NCBI GenBank assembly: GCA_003452395.1
Contig: DMOI01000045.1
Coordinates: 3,727 to 67,726, forward strand
Reading direction: 5' to 3'
DNA: 64,000 nucleotides
From: Clostridiales bacterium
GTDB taxonomy: Bacteria; Bacillota; Clostridia; Lachnospirales; UBA12420
Shown here in pieces: positions 57,073 to 64,000 of the stretch (position 1 is its first letter; each line of letters opens with the position of its first letter). Below the pieces are notes generated by a model, which had not been told where the DNA came from, ran no database searches, and was given only the letters and a program-made list of their open reading frames with translations. A program made the translations under genes and the position numbers.

Positions 57073-57801
57073 TTACTTATTTCTTTTGTCCAATATTTCT
57101 CTAGCTATAACTAAATCTTCTTGTGTATTAACACCTAGTATCTCAGTATAATCATTAACAATATAACTCCCTACCCTATATCCTTCGTTTATGATAATTC
57201 TTATAGTATCAGGCAGATAGTACTCATTACTCTTATTATTGTTTTGTATTTTCTTTAACGCTTCTTTTAAATATTTTCCTTTAAAGCAATATATGCCGGA
57301 ATTTATTTCCTTTATATTTATTTGATCATTATTTGCATCTTTTTTTTCTACTATACTTATAATATTTTTTTCATTATCTCTAATTATCCTACCATAAGCC
57401 ATTGGATTATCAAGTATAGTAGTAATAATTGTGGCAGCGTCATTACTTTTAATATGCATATCCATAATATTATTTAGAGTTTTTGATGTTATAAGTGGAG
57501 AGTCTCCACACAGTACTATAATGTCGTCTATATCATCTATGTATTCTTCCACTTGCATAACTGCATGTCCAGTTCCTAACTGATCTTTTTGTTCTACAAA
57601 AATCACATCATTCTTAACTGCTTCTATTACATTATTTGCGTTACTAGAGATAACTACAAATACTCTATCAAAATTGCACATTTTAACAACATCTAACACG
57701 TGCTGAATTAACGTTTTATTATTTATCTCATGTAAGACCTTCGGTATCATAGAATTCATCCTACTACCTTTCCCCGCTGCAAGTACTATAGCTTTCAACA
57801 T
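57073..57801 (-). CDS. GlmU N-terminal (uridyltransferase) domain protein lacking the acetyltransferase domain
   Basis: LAAGKGSRM, LGTGHAV, CGDSPL, YGRII, EYYLPD and LGVN all align to the GlmU pyrophosphorylase domain. The ORF ends at the linker after 242 aa. Confidence 0.8.
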   Translation of the reverse strand: MLKAIVLAAGKGSRMNSMIPKVLHEINNKTLIQHVLDVVKMCNFDRVFVVISSNANNVIEAVKNDVIFVEQKDQLGTGHAVMQVEEYIDDIDDIIVLCGDSPLITSKTLNNIMDMHIKSNDAATIITTILDNPMAYGRIIRDNEKNIISIVEKKDANNDQINIKEINSGIYCFKGKYLKEALKKIQNNNKSNEYYLPDTIRIIINEGYRVGSYIVNDYTEILGVNTQEDLVIAREILDKRNK

Positions 57802-57990
57802 GAAATTTCCCCCATTTTATTAATTATTATATTATATGTTTCCTATCTCGACGAGTCTTCTTGAGAATCTATTTTGTTTTTTGCTACTTCCTTGTGCACC
57901 TCCATCGTCCCTTATATTTGGTGCGCCGCTTATGCTATTGCCCTTCCCAAATCTATACGTCGCAAGTTAGCAGTTGCTCGCAAGGAGAAA

Positions 57991-58025
57991 GTTCAATCTA
58001 CAACTTTGAAACTACCAAAGCTTAG
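57991..58025 (-). repeat. conserved 3'-flank hairpin motif, copy 2
   Basis: On the minus strand CTAAGCTTTGGTAGTTTCAAAGTTGTAGATTGAAC, starting 8 nt after the stop codon. Confidence 0.7.
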
Positions 58026-58033
58026 ACTCACTT

Positions 58034-59611
58034 TTAGTCAAGCCCACACAGAACGGGACGGAAAGAAACATTACTATCAGCAGTGCCATTGATGTAGTGA
58101 CCCGCGAACGCCCCCGCACTAGTACCATTAGAGTAGTTACCACCGCGAAGGAAAAACGGATTCGCGCTATATGGAAAATATTGGTAATCTCCGTATCCTT
58201 TAAAGGTATTTGTGTTTGTGCTATTATCGCCACATTTCATTATTTCATGTAATGCTAGTCCTGTCGTATTTCCTTCTGTTTGAGTATAGTTTTCTTGATA
58301 TGTTGGTGTTCCATCTTCTGTTACTGCTAATACATCTGCTACACCGCTATTACTTCCATAGGCTGTTACTAGGCTTCCACCATTTGTAGTTAGGATTCCA
58401 TTTCCGTTTGCCACGTAGCTTGCTATGTACTCCCAAGCACCACCACTCATGTCATAGATTCCGTACACGTTTCCGGTTGTGCTTGCTTTTTGGCATTGTG
58501 CATTTTTATAGTCACTGATTGTTCCTACATCTGTTCCTGCACTTGCAGAGCTTCCTGCGCTTCCTGTGACGTATCCACTGTCATTGTTTATCCATATCTC
58601 TACGCCATCTCTTACTGCTTCTGAAAGATATGTTACCGCTCCCCAGTCTCTATTTCTCATCATCAGGGTGTCTACTTCACTGCTGTTAAGTCCATAGCTG
58701 CCTGTTTTCATTGCAATACATTTGTTATATATATTATTTACTGTTATACTTCTCCAGCTTGCTACGCTTGGTACTACTTTTATGTTTGTACTTGCATTTT
58801 GACTTGCTTCAAATTTGGCTACCCAGATGCCCGTGAGCTGTGTTGCTCCATATGTAAAGGCTGGGTGCACAGTAAATCCTGCTGTTGATGTGGTACTCGT
58901 TCCTTCTAGATATTCTATTTCTATTTTATCGTCTGCTGCTGAATCTGTATTGTCTCCTGTTATCTTGTATGCATATCGTGGTATCCATACAAACATACTA
59001 TTATCTACATCTCCTAGTTGTACATTTGCCCATTTTTCACTTGTCGCATAACTTCCATTTTCTACGTCTCCTGCGTAGTTATACCATGCTACATCATCTG
59101 CTGTTGTTGTGACTACATTGTTGCTTCCATCCCATTTGATTGGTGTCATTCCTGTTAGTAGCTTCGGCTTGTTTACTCCCATCGCTACATTATATTCTGG
59201 GTCTGATGCTGGTGGCGTACCACCGCCTTGAGCGGTGTTGGTTACCTCTACTAGCCCTGGGCTTACTGTTACCTTACCGTCTGCTGCTACTGCTACGGTA
59301 AATGCTCCCGAACCATCCCCGCTTGCTATCGGATTTGTTGGTCTTTCCCTTAGATACCCTGTTGTTACCATAGTGTCTATGATATCTGCCTGTACTCCTG
59401 TATCTCCCTGCTCCCACAGGTATGCCTGTGCTTGCTTTTGCAAGAGTGCTACTGTTTCGTTATGGGCTATTTCTCTTGCTCTACCCCCGTTATTCGTAAA
59501 TATAGGTATCGCAATCGTCGCTAGTGCTGCAAGTATTACAAGCACTGCTAAAAGTTCAAGTAATGTAAACCCTTTTTTTGTATTTCTTTTCGTATCGTGC
59601 ATGTCTTTCAT
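58034..59611 (-). CDS. type IV prepilin-like N-terminus fused to an FGE-sulfatase/C-type-lectin-fold-like domain
   Basis: KKG|FTLLELLAVLVILAALATIAIPIF. C-terminal ...GIYDMSGGAWEY...RGGNYSNG...VSFRPV resembles the FGE-sulfatase fold. GGAGGT RBS. GC above its neighbours. Confidence 0.75.
   Translation of the reverse strand: MKDMHDTKRNTKKGFTLLELLAVLVILAALATIAIPIFTNNGGRAREIAHNETVALLQKQAQAYLWEQGDTGVQADIIDTMVTTGYLRERPTNPIASGDGSGAFTVAVAADGKVTVSPGLVEVTNTAQGGGTPPASDPEYNVAMGVNKPKLLTGMTPIKWDGSNNVVTTTADDVAWYNYAGDVENGSYATSEKWANVQLGDVDNSMFVWIPRYAYKITGDNTDSAADDKIEIEYLEGTSTTSTAGFTVHPAFTYGATQLTGIWVAKFEASQNASTNIKVVPSVASWRSITVNNIYNKCIAMKTGSYGLNSSEVDTLMMRNRDWGAVTYLSEAVRDGVEIWINNDSGYVTGSAGSSASAGTDVGTISDYKNAQCQKASTTGNVYGIYDMSGGAWEYIASYVANGNGILTTNGGSLVTAYGSNSGVADVLAVTEDGTPTYQENYTQTEGNTTGLALHEIMKCGDNSTNTNTFKGYGDYQYFPYSANPFFLRGGNYSNGTSAGAFAGHYINGTADSNVSFRPVLCGLD
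58037..58170 (-). other. candidate DGR-type variable-region-like segment (adenine-poor NNY codons)
   Basis: The last 38 codons have no A at third positions. By hand count 18 of 114 nt are A. Adenine-free scaffold codons (GCG GGG GCG TTC GCG; TTC CGT CCC GTT CTG TGT GGG CTT) are interleaved with AAC/TAC/AAT/CAC/ATC/AGT codons. Confidence 0.45.
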
Positions 59612-59727
59612 AACTAACCTCCATTATATACATCATTTGTATTGGTTATTTAGTGCTAGGATATTTTTTGGTGTTGTATATGTATGAGAGTGCTTTAAGA
59701 AAATTGCCACAAATATGCGGTTTTACG

Positions 59728-59774
59728 CCTATACCTATACCTATACCTATACCTATACCTATACCTATACCTAT
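59728..59774. repeat. hexanucleotide microsatellite (CCTATA)7 plus a partial unit
   Basis: Read directly and confirmed by the IPIPIP / GIGIGI translations in the ORF track. Lies 117-163 nt upstream of the 59611 start codon. Confidence 0.95.
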
Positions 59775-59801
59775 TTTAACAATTTTCTTTCTTTTTTGCA
59801 A
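59773..59801 (-). promoter_or_regulatory. candidate sigma-A promoter abutting the microsatellite
   Basis: On the minus strand: TTGCAA (59801-59796), 17-nt spacer, TAAAAT (59778-59773). The repeat starts right after the -10. Confidence 0.4.
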
Positions 59802-59850
59802 TAGATTTCGAAAAGAAAATTTTCGCAACAAGAAAAGCGCTCCGCGCGTG

Positions 59851-60024
59851 TGTCATTGCGACATCCTAATACTTAGTTTGTGTATTTTGCAAACTTAGTT
59901 ATAGGGGTACTAGTATAGTGAGAGGTTCTTTCGACGAAGCAATCCCTTGCTCCTTACGAAATACTAAAGTGAACTATTAATTTGTTCCATAAAACACGGG
60001 ATTGCTTCGTTCCTCGCAATGACA
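59851..60024. repeat. family A palindromic element with the same 58-bp nested insert in its left arm
   Basis: Left arm plus insert at 59851-59947, right arm GGGATTGCTTCGTTCCTCGCAATGACA at 59998-60024. Confidence 0.85.
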
Positions 60025-60049
60025 AAATCGGAGGAGTTTCCTAGTAAAC

Positions 60050-60082
60050 AAAAAAACTCTCTAGCAAATATAGAGAGTTTTT
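60050..60082 (-). terminator. rho-independent terminator after spoVG (bidirectional shape)
   Basis: AACTCTCTA-N7-TAGAGAGTT flanked by an A-run and a T-run. Confidence 0.65.
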
Positions 60083-60110
60083 AGTGATATCTGACACGCC
60101 GATATCTATG

Positions 60111-60398
60111 TTAAAAGTTTGTTGTTGCAGTATCCGACATTTGAACTGCTGCTTTTTGATATTCTGAAATTATTGCTTCTTGCATTTTATCTCTTGCATC
60201 AGAGTTTATTGGATGTGCAATGTCTTTAAACTCTTCGTTAACTGTTTTTCTGCTAGGCATAGCTATAAACATGCCCTTTTCCCCTTCTATAACTTTGATA
60301 TCGTGAACTACAAATTCATTATCAAAAGTCACTGATACAACCGCTTTCATTTTTGATTCGTTAGTAATTTTTCTAATTCTTACATCTGTAATTTTCAT
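60111..60398 (-). CDS. spoVG: septation/sporulation regulator SpoVG
   Basis: [11 protein letters not shown]...[20 protein letters not shown] is canonical SpoVG. Confidence 0.95.
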   Translation of the reverse strand: MKITDVRIRKITNESKMKAVVSVTFDNEFVVHDIKVIEGEKGMFIAMPSRKTVNEEFKDIAHPINSDARDKMQEAIISEYQKAAVQMSDTATTNF

Positions 60399-60513
60399 AC
60401 TTTTAGTCATCTCCTTTTGAATAAGTTATCTGTCGTGTGTGACATATTTTTATATAAGTTCATATTAACATATTTGTTTTAAAAAATCAATATATTTTTA
60501 ACATTTTTTTATT

Positions 60514-60542
60514 ATTATGTAAATAATGTGATTTTTTGTCAA
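60514..60542 (-). promoter_or_regulatory. candidate sigma-A promoter of spoVG
   Basis: On the minus strand: TTGACA, 17-nt spacer, CATAAT. Confidence 0.45.
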
Positions 60543-60549
60543 ATACTGT

Positions 60550-61662
60550 CTATACTACAGCTCCCTTTTTCAATATGATTGGGTTTTCCTTCGTACCTAT
60601 TATCTTTTGATTATCTGATATTATTACTTGCTTATCTAAGATAGCATTCTCTATAAGACAATTCTTACCTATATATGAATCATTCATTATTATAGAGTCA
60701 CTAACAATAGCTCCAGCTCCTACGCAAACTCTACTAAATAGTACTGAATTCTTAACCTCTCCTTCTATTATAGAACCACCACTTATAAGACAGTTTTTAA
60801 CCTTAGCTCCATGGTTATATTTTGCTGGGGGGTCATCTTTTATTCTTGTAGCCACAGACGGATAGTCAAGTAACATCTGCTTTCTAATATTAAACTTCAA
60901 AAAATCCATATTAGTATCATAATATTTTTTTACTGTACGTATATTCGACCAATATCCATCAAATAAATATGCATATATCTTCAGTTTCTTTCTATACTTA
61001 GCAATTACATCCGTCACAAAATCATATCGTCCTTCACTTATAACTTGTTCAAGTATCTCTATTAATAATGTTCTTTTTACAATATATATTCCTAGTGATG
61101 CTATATTAGTCTCTGGATCAAGTGGTTTTTCTTCAAACTCTATAACTCTATTATCTGAATCCAATTTCATTATTCCATAACTACTAAGTTCATCGTTTTT
61201 AACCATTTCTTTACTGATTATGGTCATATCTGCATTATTATTTATATGATATTTAAGTACTTCTCTATAATCCATCTTATATATATGATGCCCTGCTCCA
61301 ATTAAGACATAAGGCTCTTGACTTCTTTTTAAAAATATAATATTCTGATATAGTGCATCCGCTGTTCCTTTATATTCAAAGGCATTATCCTTAGTAACAG
61401 ACGGTGTAAACACAAATAACCCACCTTGTTTAGTACCAAGTTCCCATATTTTGGCAGATGATAGATGATTTAATAATGAACGAGAATTATACTGAGTTAT
61501 GACTGCTACTTTCTTTATTCCGGAATTTGCCATATTGCTTAAAGTAAAATCTATCGCCTTATAACAACTAGCAATTGGCAAAGAAGCCATAGCTCTTTCT
61601 GATGCTAGATCTTCTAATTTTTCATTTTTACTGCTTGCAAGTATTATCCCTACAAATTTCAT
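60550..61662 (-). CDS. glgD: glucose-1-phosphate adenylyltransferase subunit GlgD
   Basis: Nucleotidyltransferase plus LbH fold without the GlgC GGxGxRL motif. Overlaps the glgC stop by 4 nt. Confidence 0.85.
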   Translation of the reverse strand: MKFVGIILASSKNEKLEDLASERAMASLPIASCYKAIDFTLSNMANSGIKKVAVITQYNSRSLLNHLSSAKIWELGTKQGGLFVFTPSVTKDNAFEYKGTADALYQNIIFLKRSQEPYVLIGAGHHIYKMDYREVLKYHINNNADMTIISKEMVKNDELSSYGIMKLDSDNRVIEFEEKPLDPETNIASLGIYIVKRTLLIEILEQVISEGRYDFVTDVIAKYRKKLKIYAYLFDGYWSNIRTVKKYYDTNMDFLKFNIRKQMLLDYPSVATRIKDDPPAKYNHGAKVKNCLISGGSIIEGEVKNSVLFSRVCVGAGAIVSDSIIMNDSYIGKNCLIENAILDKQVIISDNQKIIGTKENPIILKKGAVV

Positions 61663-62930
61663 TGTTTCACCTCTTTCGCTAAAAGGGTTTCTCCACTTGG
61701 TAATTCTGAGTCTTTATAATCCCCTTTTTTTGTTTCACCATGAACTACACAATTTTTACCAACAACTATCATATCAGGTATTACAGATTTTTCACCAATC
61801 ACTGTTATACCTGTGTTATATATTTTAGGTTGCTTTTTATTTGCAATATTCTCACCAAAACCTATTTTAGACTTTTCTCCTATAATACAGTCCTCACAAA
61901 CTATACATCTATCTATCACAGCATTTTCTTTGATTATACAATTACTCATTATTATAGAGTCAGTAACCTTTGCACCTTTTCCTACTATTACATTCGGAGA
62001 TAATATAGAATTTTTTATAACTCCATCAACCTCACAGCCCTCCGAAATTATACACGTATCCGTATGAGCATCCTCACCTAAATACTGTGGTAGTTGTCTA
62101 TCAAAATTAGTGTATATCTTCCAAAACTCTTCATATAAGTTGAATTCCGGTATTATGCTTATCATTTCCATATTCGTCTTCCAATACGAATCCACAGTAC
62201 CTACATCTTGCCAATAGCCTTTAAATTTGTATGCATATAGGTTCTTCTCTTCTTCTAAAAGCATAGGTATGATATGTTTACCAAAGTCACTATCTTCATG
62301 TAGCTCATGTCCTTTTTCTAAGTATTTTTTTAATAATTTAAAATTAAAAATATATACACCCATAGACACAAGATTACTTTTAGGTTCTGGTGGCTTTTCT
62401 TCAAATTCTACTATTTTATCATTATCATCTATATTCATTATACCGAATCTTGACGCCTCTTTTATCGGCACCTCGAGAACGGCAATGGTAACATCCGCAT
62501 TCTTCTCTTTATGAAAATCCAACATTTTCGAATAATCCATTTTATATATATGATCCCCTGAAAGTATAAGGACAAATTCTGGGTCACATTCTTCTAAATA
62601 ATGCATATTTTGATACACAGCATCAGCAGTACCCGAATACCATGATCCTTCTTTTGTTTTTATATGTGGAGGCAATAACATTACTCCACCATTTTTCCTG
62701 TCTAATTCCCAAGGTATTCCTATACCTATATGTTGATTAAGTTTAAGTGGTTGATATTGAGTCAAAACTCCAACCGTATCTATACCGGAATTAATACAAT
62801 TACTTAAAGTAAAATCAATAATACGGTACTTTCCTGCAAATAAAACTGCTGGCTTTGCAGTTTTATCTGTAAGTATACCAAGCCTACTACCTTGTCCACC
62901 TGCAAGCAACATTCCAATCATTTCTTTCAT
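61659..62930 (-). CDS. glgC: glucose-1-phosphate adenylyltransferase
   Basis: LAGGQGSRL and GTADAV motifs. Start at MKEMIGML. The 30-codon track extension is translated heptamer repeat. Confidence 0.9.
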   Translation of the reverse strand: MKEMIGMLLAGGQGSRLGILTDKTAKPAVLFAGKYRIIDFTLSNCINSGIDTVGVLTQYQPLKLNQHIGIGIPWELDRKNGGVMLLPPHIKTKEGSWYSGTADAVYQNMHYLEECDPEFVLILSGDHIYKMDYSKMLDFHKEKNADVTIAVLEVPIKEASRFGIMNIDDNDKIVEFEEKPPEPKSNLVSMGVYIFNFKLLKKYLEKGHELHEDSDFGKHIIPMLLEEEKNLYAYKFKGYWQDVGTVDSYWKTNMEMISIIPEFNLYEEFWKIYTNFDRQLPQYLGEDAHTDTCIISEGCEVDGVIKNSILSPNVIVGKGAKVTDSIIMSNCIIKENAVIDRCIVCEDCIIGEKSKIGFGENIANKKQPKIYNTGITVIGEKSVIPDMIVVGKNCVVHGETKKGDYKDSELPSGETLLAKEVKQ

Positions 62931-62952
62931 ATACAATTTACACCCCCTATAT

Positions 62953-63044
62953 AAGTTGAAAGTTGAGAGTTGAGAGTTGAAAGTTAGAAGTTGAAAAACT
63001 GTTTTATTTTTCACTTTCAACTTTCAATTTTCAATTTTCAACTT
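62953..63044. repeat. family B heptamer-periodic hairpin between efp and glgC
   Basis: AAGTTGAAAGTTGAGAGTTGAGAGTTGAAAGTTAGAAGTTGAAAA ... TTTTTCACTTTCAACTTTCAATTTTCAATTTTCAACTT. The stem is about 32 bp including G-U positions on the plus strand. Confidence 0.85.
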
Positions 63045-63150
63045 ATCATGTCATTCTCTTAGTTTACCATATTTTAAAATAAATACAATACCTTTTGGAA
63101 TTTTTTTCACAAAAAAATCACAAATTGTTTATCATGTGATTTTTTATTCT

Positions 63151-63175
63151 TTCCTTCACTTTCAACTTTCCACTT
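63151..63175. repeat. family B single arm abutting the efp stop codon
   Basis: TTCCTTC ACTTTCA ACTTTCC ACTT. Confidence 0.6.
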
Positions 63176-63176
63176 A

Positions 63177-63734
63177 CTAAGCTCTACTCATATACTCACC
63201 CGTACGAGTATCTATTTTTATTTTATCACCTTGATTTACAAATAGAGGCACTAACACTTTTGCTCCTGTCTCAACAATTGCCGGTTTATTGGCTCCTGTT
63301 GCTGTATCACCTTTAACCCCTGGCTCTGTATCCGTAATAATGAGTTCTACAAACATAGGTGGTTCAACACCAAATATGTCACCTTGATGTTCTAACATTT
63401 TAACTAAATCATTTTCTTTAACGAATTTCATAGCATCACCTAGTTTTTCTTCAGTAATTGTTGTTTGATCGTAAGATGTAGTATCCATGAAGTGGCATAA
63501 GTCACCATCTTTATACAGATATTGCATTTCTTTCCTTTCTATAAGTGCATTTTCAAATTTTTCAGATGGCCTAAAAGATTGCTCTGTTACCGCACCTGTT
63601 CTCAAATTTCTAAGCTTTGTTCTAACGAACGGTGAGCCTTTACCTGGTTTTACGTGTTGAAACTCTATTATCACATAAACCCCATTTTCATATTGAACTG
63701 TTACTCCATTTCTAAAATCTCCTGCTAATATCAT
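63177..63734 (-). CDS. efp: elongation factor P
   Basis: [13 protein letters not shown] loop and a three-domain length of 185 aa. Confidence 0.95.
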   Translation of the reverse strand: MILAGDFRNGVTVQYENGVYVIIEFQHVKPGKGSPFVRTKLRNLRTGAVTEQSFRPSEKFENALIERKEMQYLYKDGDLCHFMDTTSYDQTTITEEKLGDAMKFVKENDLVKMLEHQGDIFGVEPPMFVELIITDTEPGVKGDTATGANKPAIVETGAKVLVPLFVNQGDKIKIDTRTGEYMSRA

Positions 63735-63796
63735 AAGAAACCTCCATTTTTTTTGCTTTAAGCGTCTTTATATTATATCTTAAAACTAATATTTTT

Positions 63797-64000
63797 TCAA
63801 GTTTTTTTGTTAAATTTTTGCAATAATTTCTTTTCCATGTTTCTTTTTACTCTTTCTACTATACTATCCTTTGGTCTAATAGGATTTACCAAAATAGTCT
63901 TTATTCCTATTCTATTTCCCGCAAGAACATCCGTAAATATCTGGTCACCTATTATTACAACCTCACTTTTAGTTAGCTTCATTTCATCTACTACTTTATT
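63797..64000 (-). CDS. YqeG-family HAD phosphatase, partial (N-terminus beyond right edge)
   Basis: IGDQIFTDVLAGNRIGIKTILVNPI is the YqeG C-terminal motif. The reading frame stays open to the window end. Confidence 0.7.
   Translation of the reverse strand, partial: NKVVDEMKLTKSEVVIIGDQIFTDVLAGNRIGIKTILVNPIRPKDSIVERVKRNMEKKLLQKFNKKT

Noticed and set aside
57874-58233. Track ORFs 57874-58092 (+) and 58012-58233 (-) around the 3' end of the pilin-fused gene
   Set aside because: No RBS is present. They overlap the real gene end and the conserved flank motif, and their existence is a by-product of the locally raised GC content.
59646-59898. Track ORFs encoding GIGIGIGIG and IPIPIPIP peptides
   Set aside because: They are translations of the (CCTATA)n microsatellite and adjacent repeat DNA. 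They have no RBS and no coding-like composition.
16851-63044. Heptamer tandem tracts considered as possible CRISPR arrays
   Set aside because: The units are 7 nt and directly abutting with no spacers. Arrays are at most about 45 nt per arm, and no cas genes are present. They are hairpin-forming microsatellite-like repeats.
1-64000. Looked for a reverse transcriptase, Avd, template repeat, integrase, transposase or phage genes that would complete a DGR or mark an island
   Set aside because: None of the track ORFs or the unannotated gaps shows RT motifs (YxDD), recombinase motifs or a second copy of either VR-like segment. The DGR idea therefore rests on codon signature only and needs the rest of the genome.

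Overview
This is an AT-rich (about 30% GC by eye) chromosomal segment of a spore-forming Firmicute, Clostridia-like, with about 72 genes and dense coding. Genes lie on the minus strand except for a plus-strand block at 40.9-47.1 kb (SASP, hslO, NUDIX, T-box-thrS, infC-rpmI-rplT). Most content is housekeeping or sporulation: Ca-type P-type ATPase, rsmI, nth, CotF-like coat proteins, mcsA-mcsB-clpC, rsmB, dacB-like, ruvA, ytfI/ytfJ, dapF, rluB, cdd, ybeY, dgkA-PAP2, yqfC/yqfD, spoIIGA-sigE-sigG, mutL, ygiQ, zapA, Lon-like protease, rimI, tsaB, pth, spoVG, glgD/glgC and efp. I found no rRNA, tRNA, CRISPR, transposase, integrase, reverse transcriptase or prophage genes.

The most interesting signal is two paralogous genes of atypical composition (32038-33378 and 58034-59611). 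Each encodes a type IV prepilin-like N-terminus fused to a lectin-fold-like C-terminal domain. The 3' end of each has the codon signature expected of a diversity-generating retroelement (DGR) variable region: adenine-poor, NNY codons, and adenine-free scaffold codons. No reverse transcriptase or template repeat is present in the window. The two genes also share a conserved 3'-flank hairpin motif. One sits behind a (CCTATA)7-8 repeat and the other precedes a highly structured 480-bp non-coding stretch.

The intergenic space also carries at least four repeat families:
- heptamer-periodic hairpins (TTGAAAG type and TTTGTAC type);
- a palindromic 'GTCATTGCGAGG...' element, two copies of which share a nested insertion;
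- one element with GC-rich terminal inverted repeats.

Some copies lie in notable places: inside the thrS T-box leader, between spoIIGA and sigE, between sigE and sigG, and absorbed into coding ends.

Other oddities:
- GlmU domains are encoded as two genes 3.6 kb apart.
- The mcsA-mcsB-clpC operon has no ctsR.
- A DgkA-PAP2 fusion is present.
- A truncated remnant of a cysteine-rich gene is present.

All coordinates in repeat tracts were read by eye and cross-checked against the ORF track where possible. Unit counts could be off by one.
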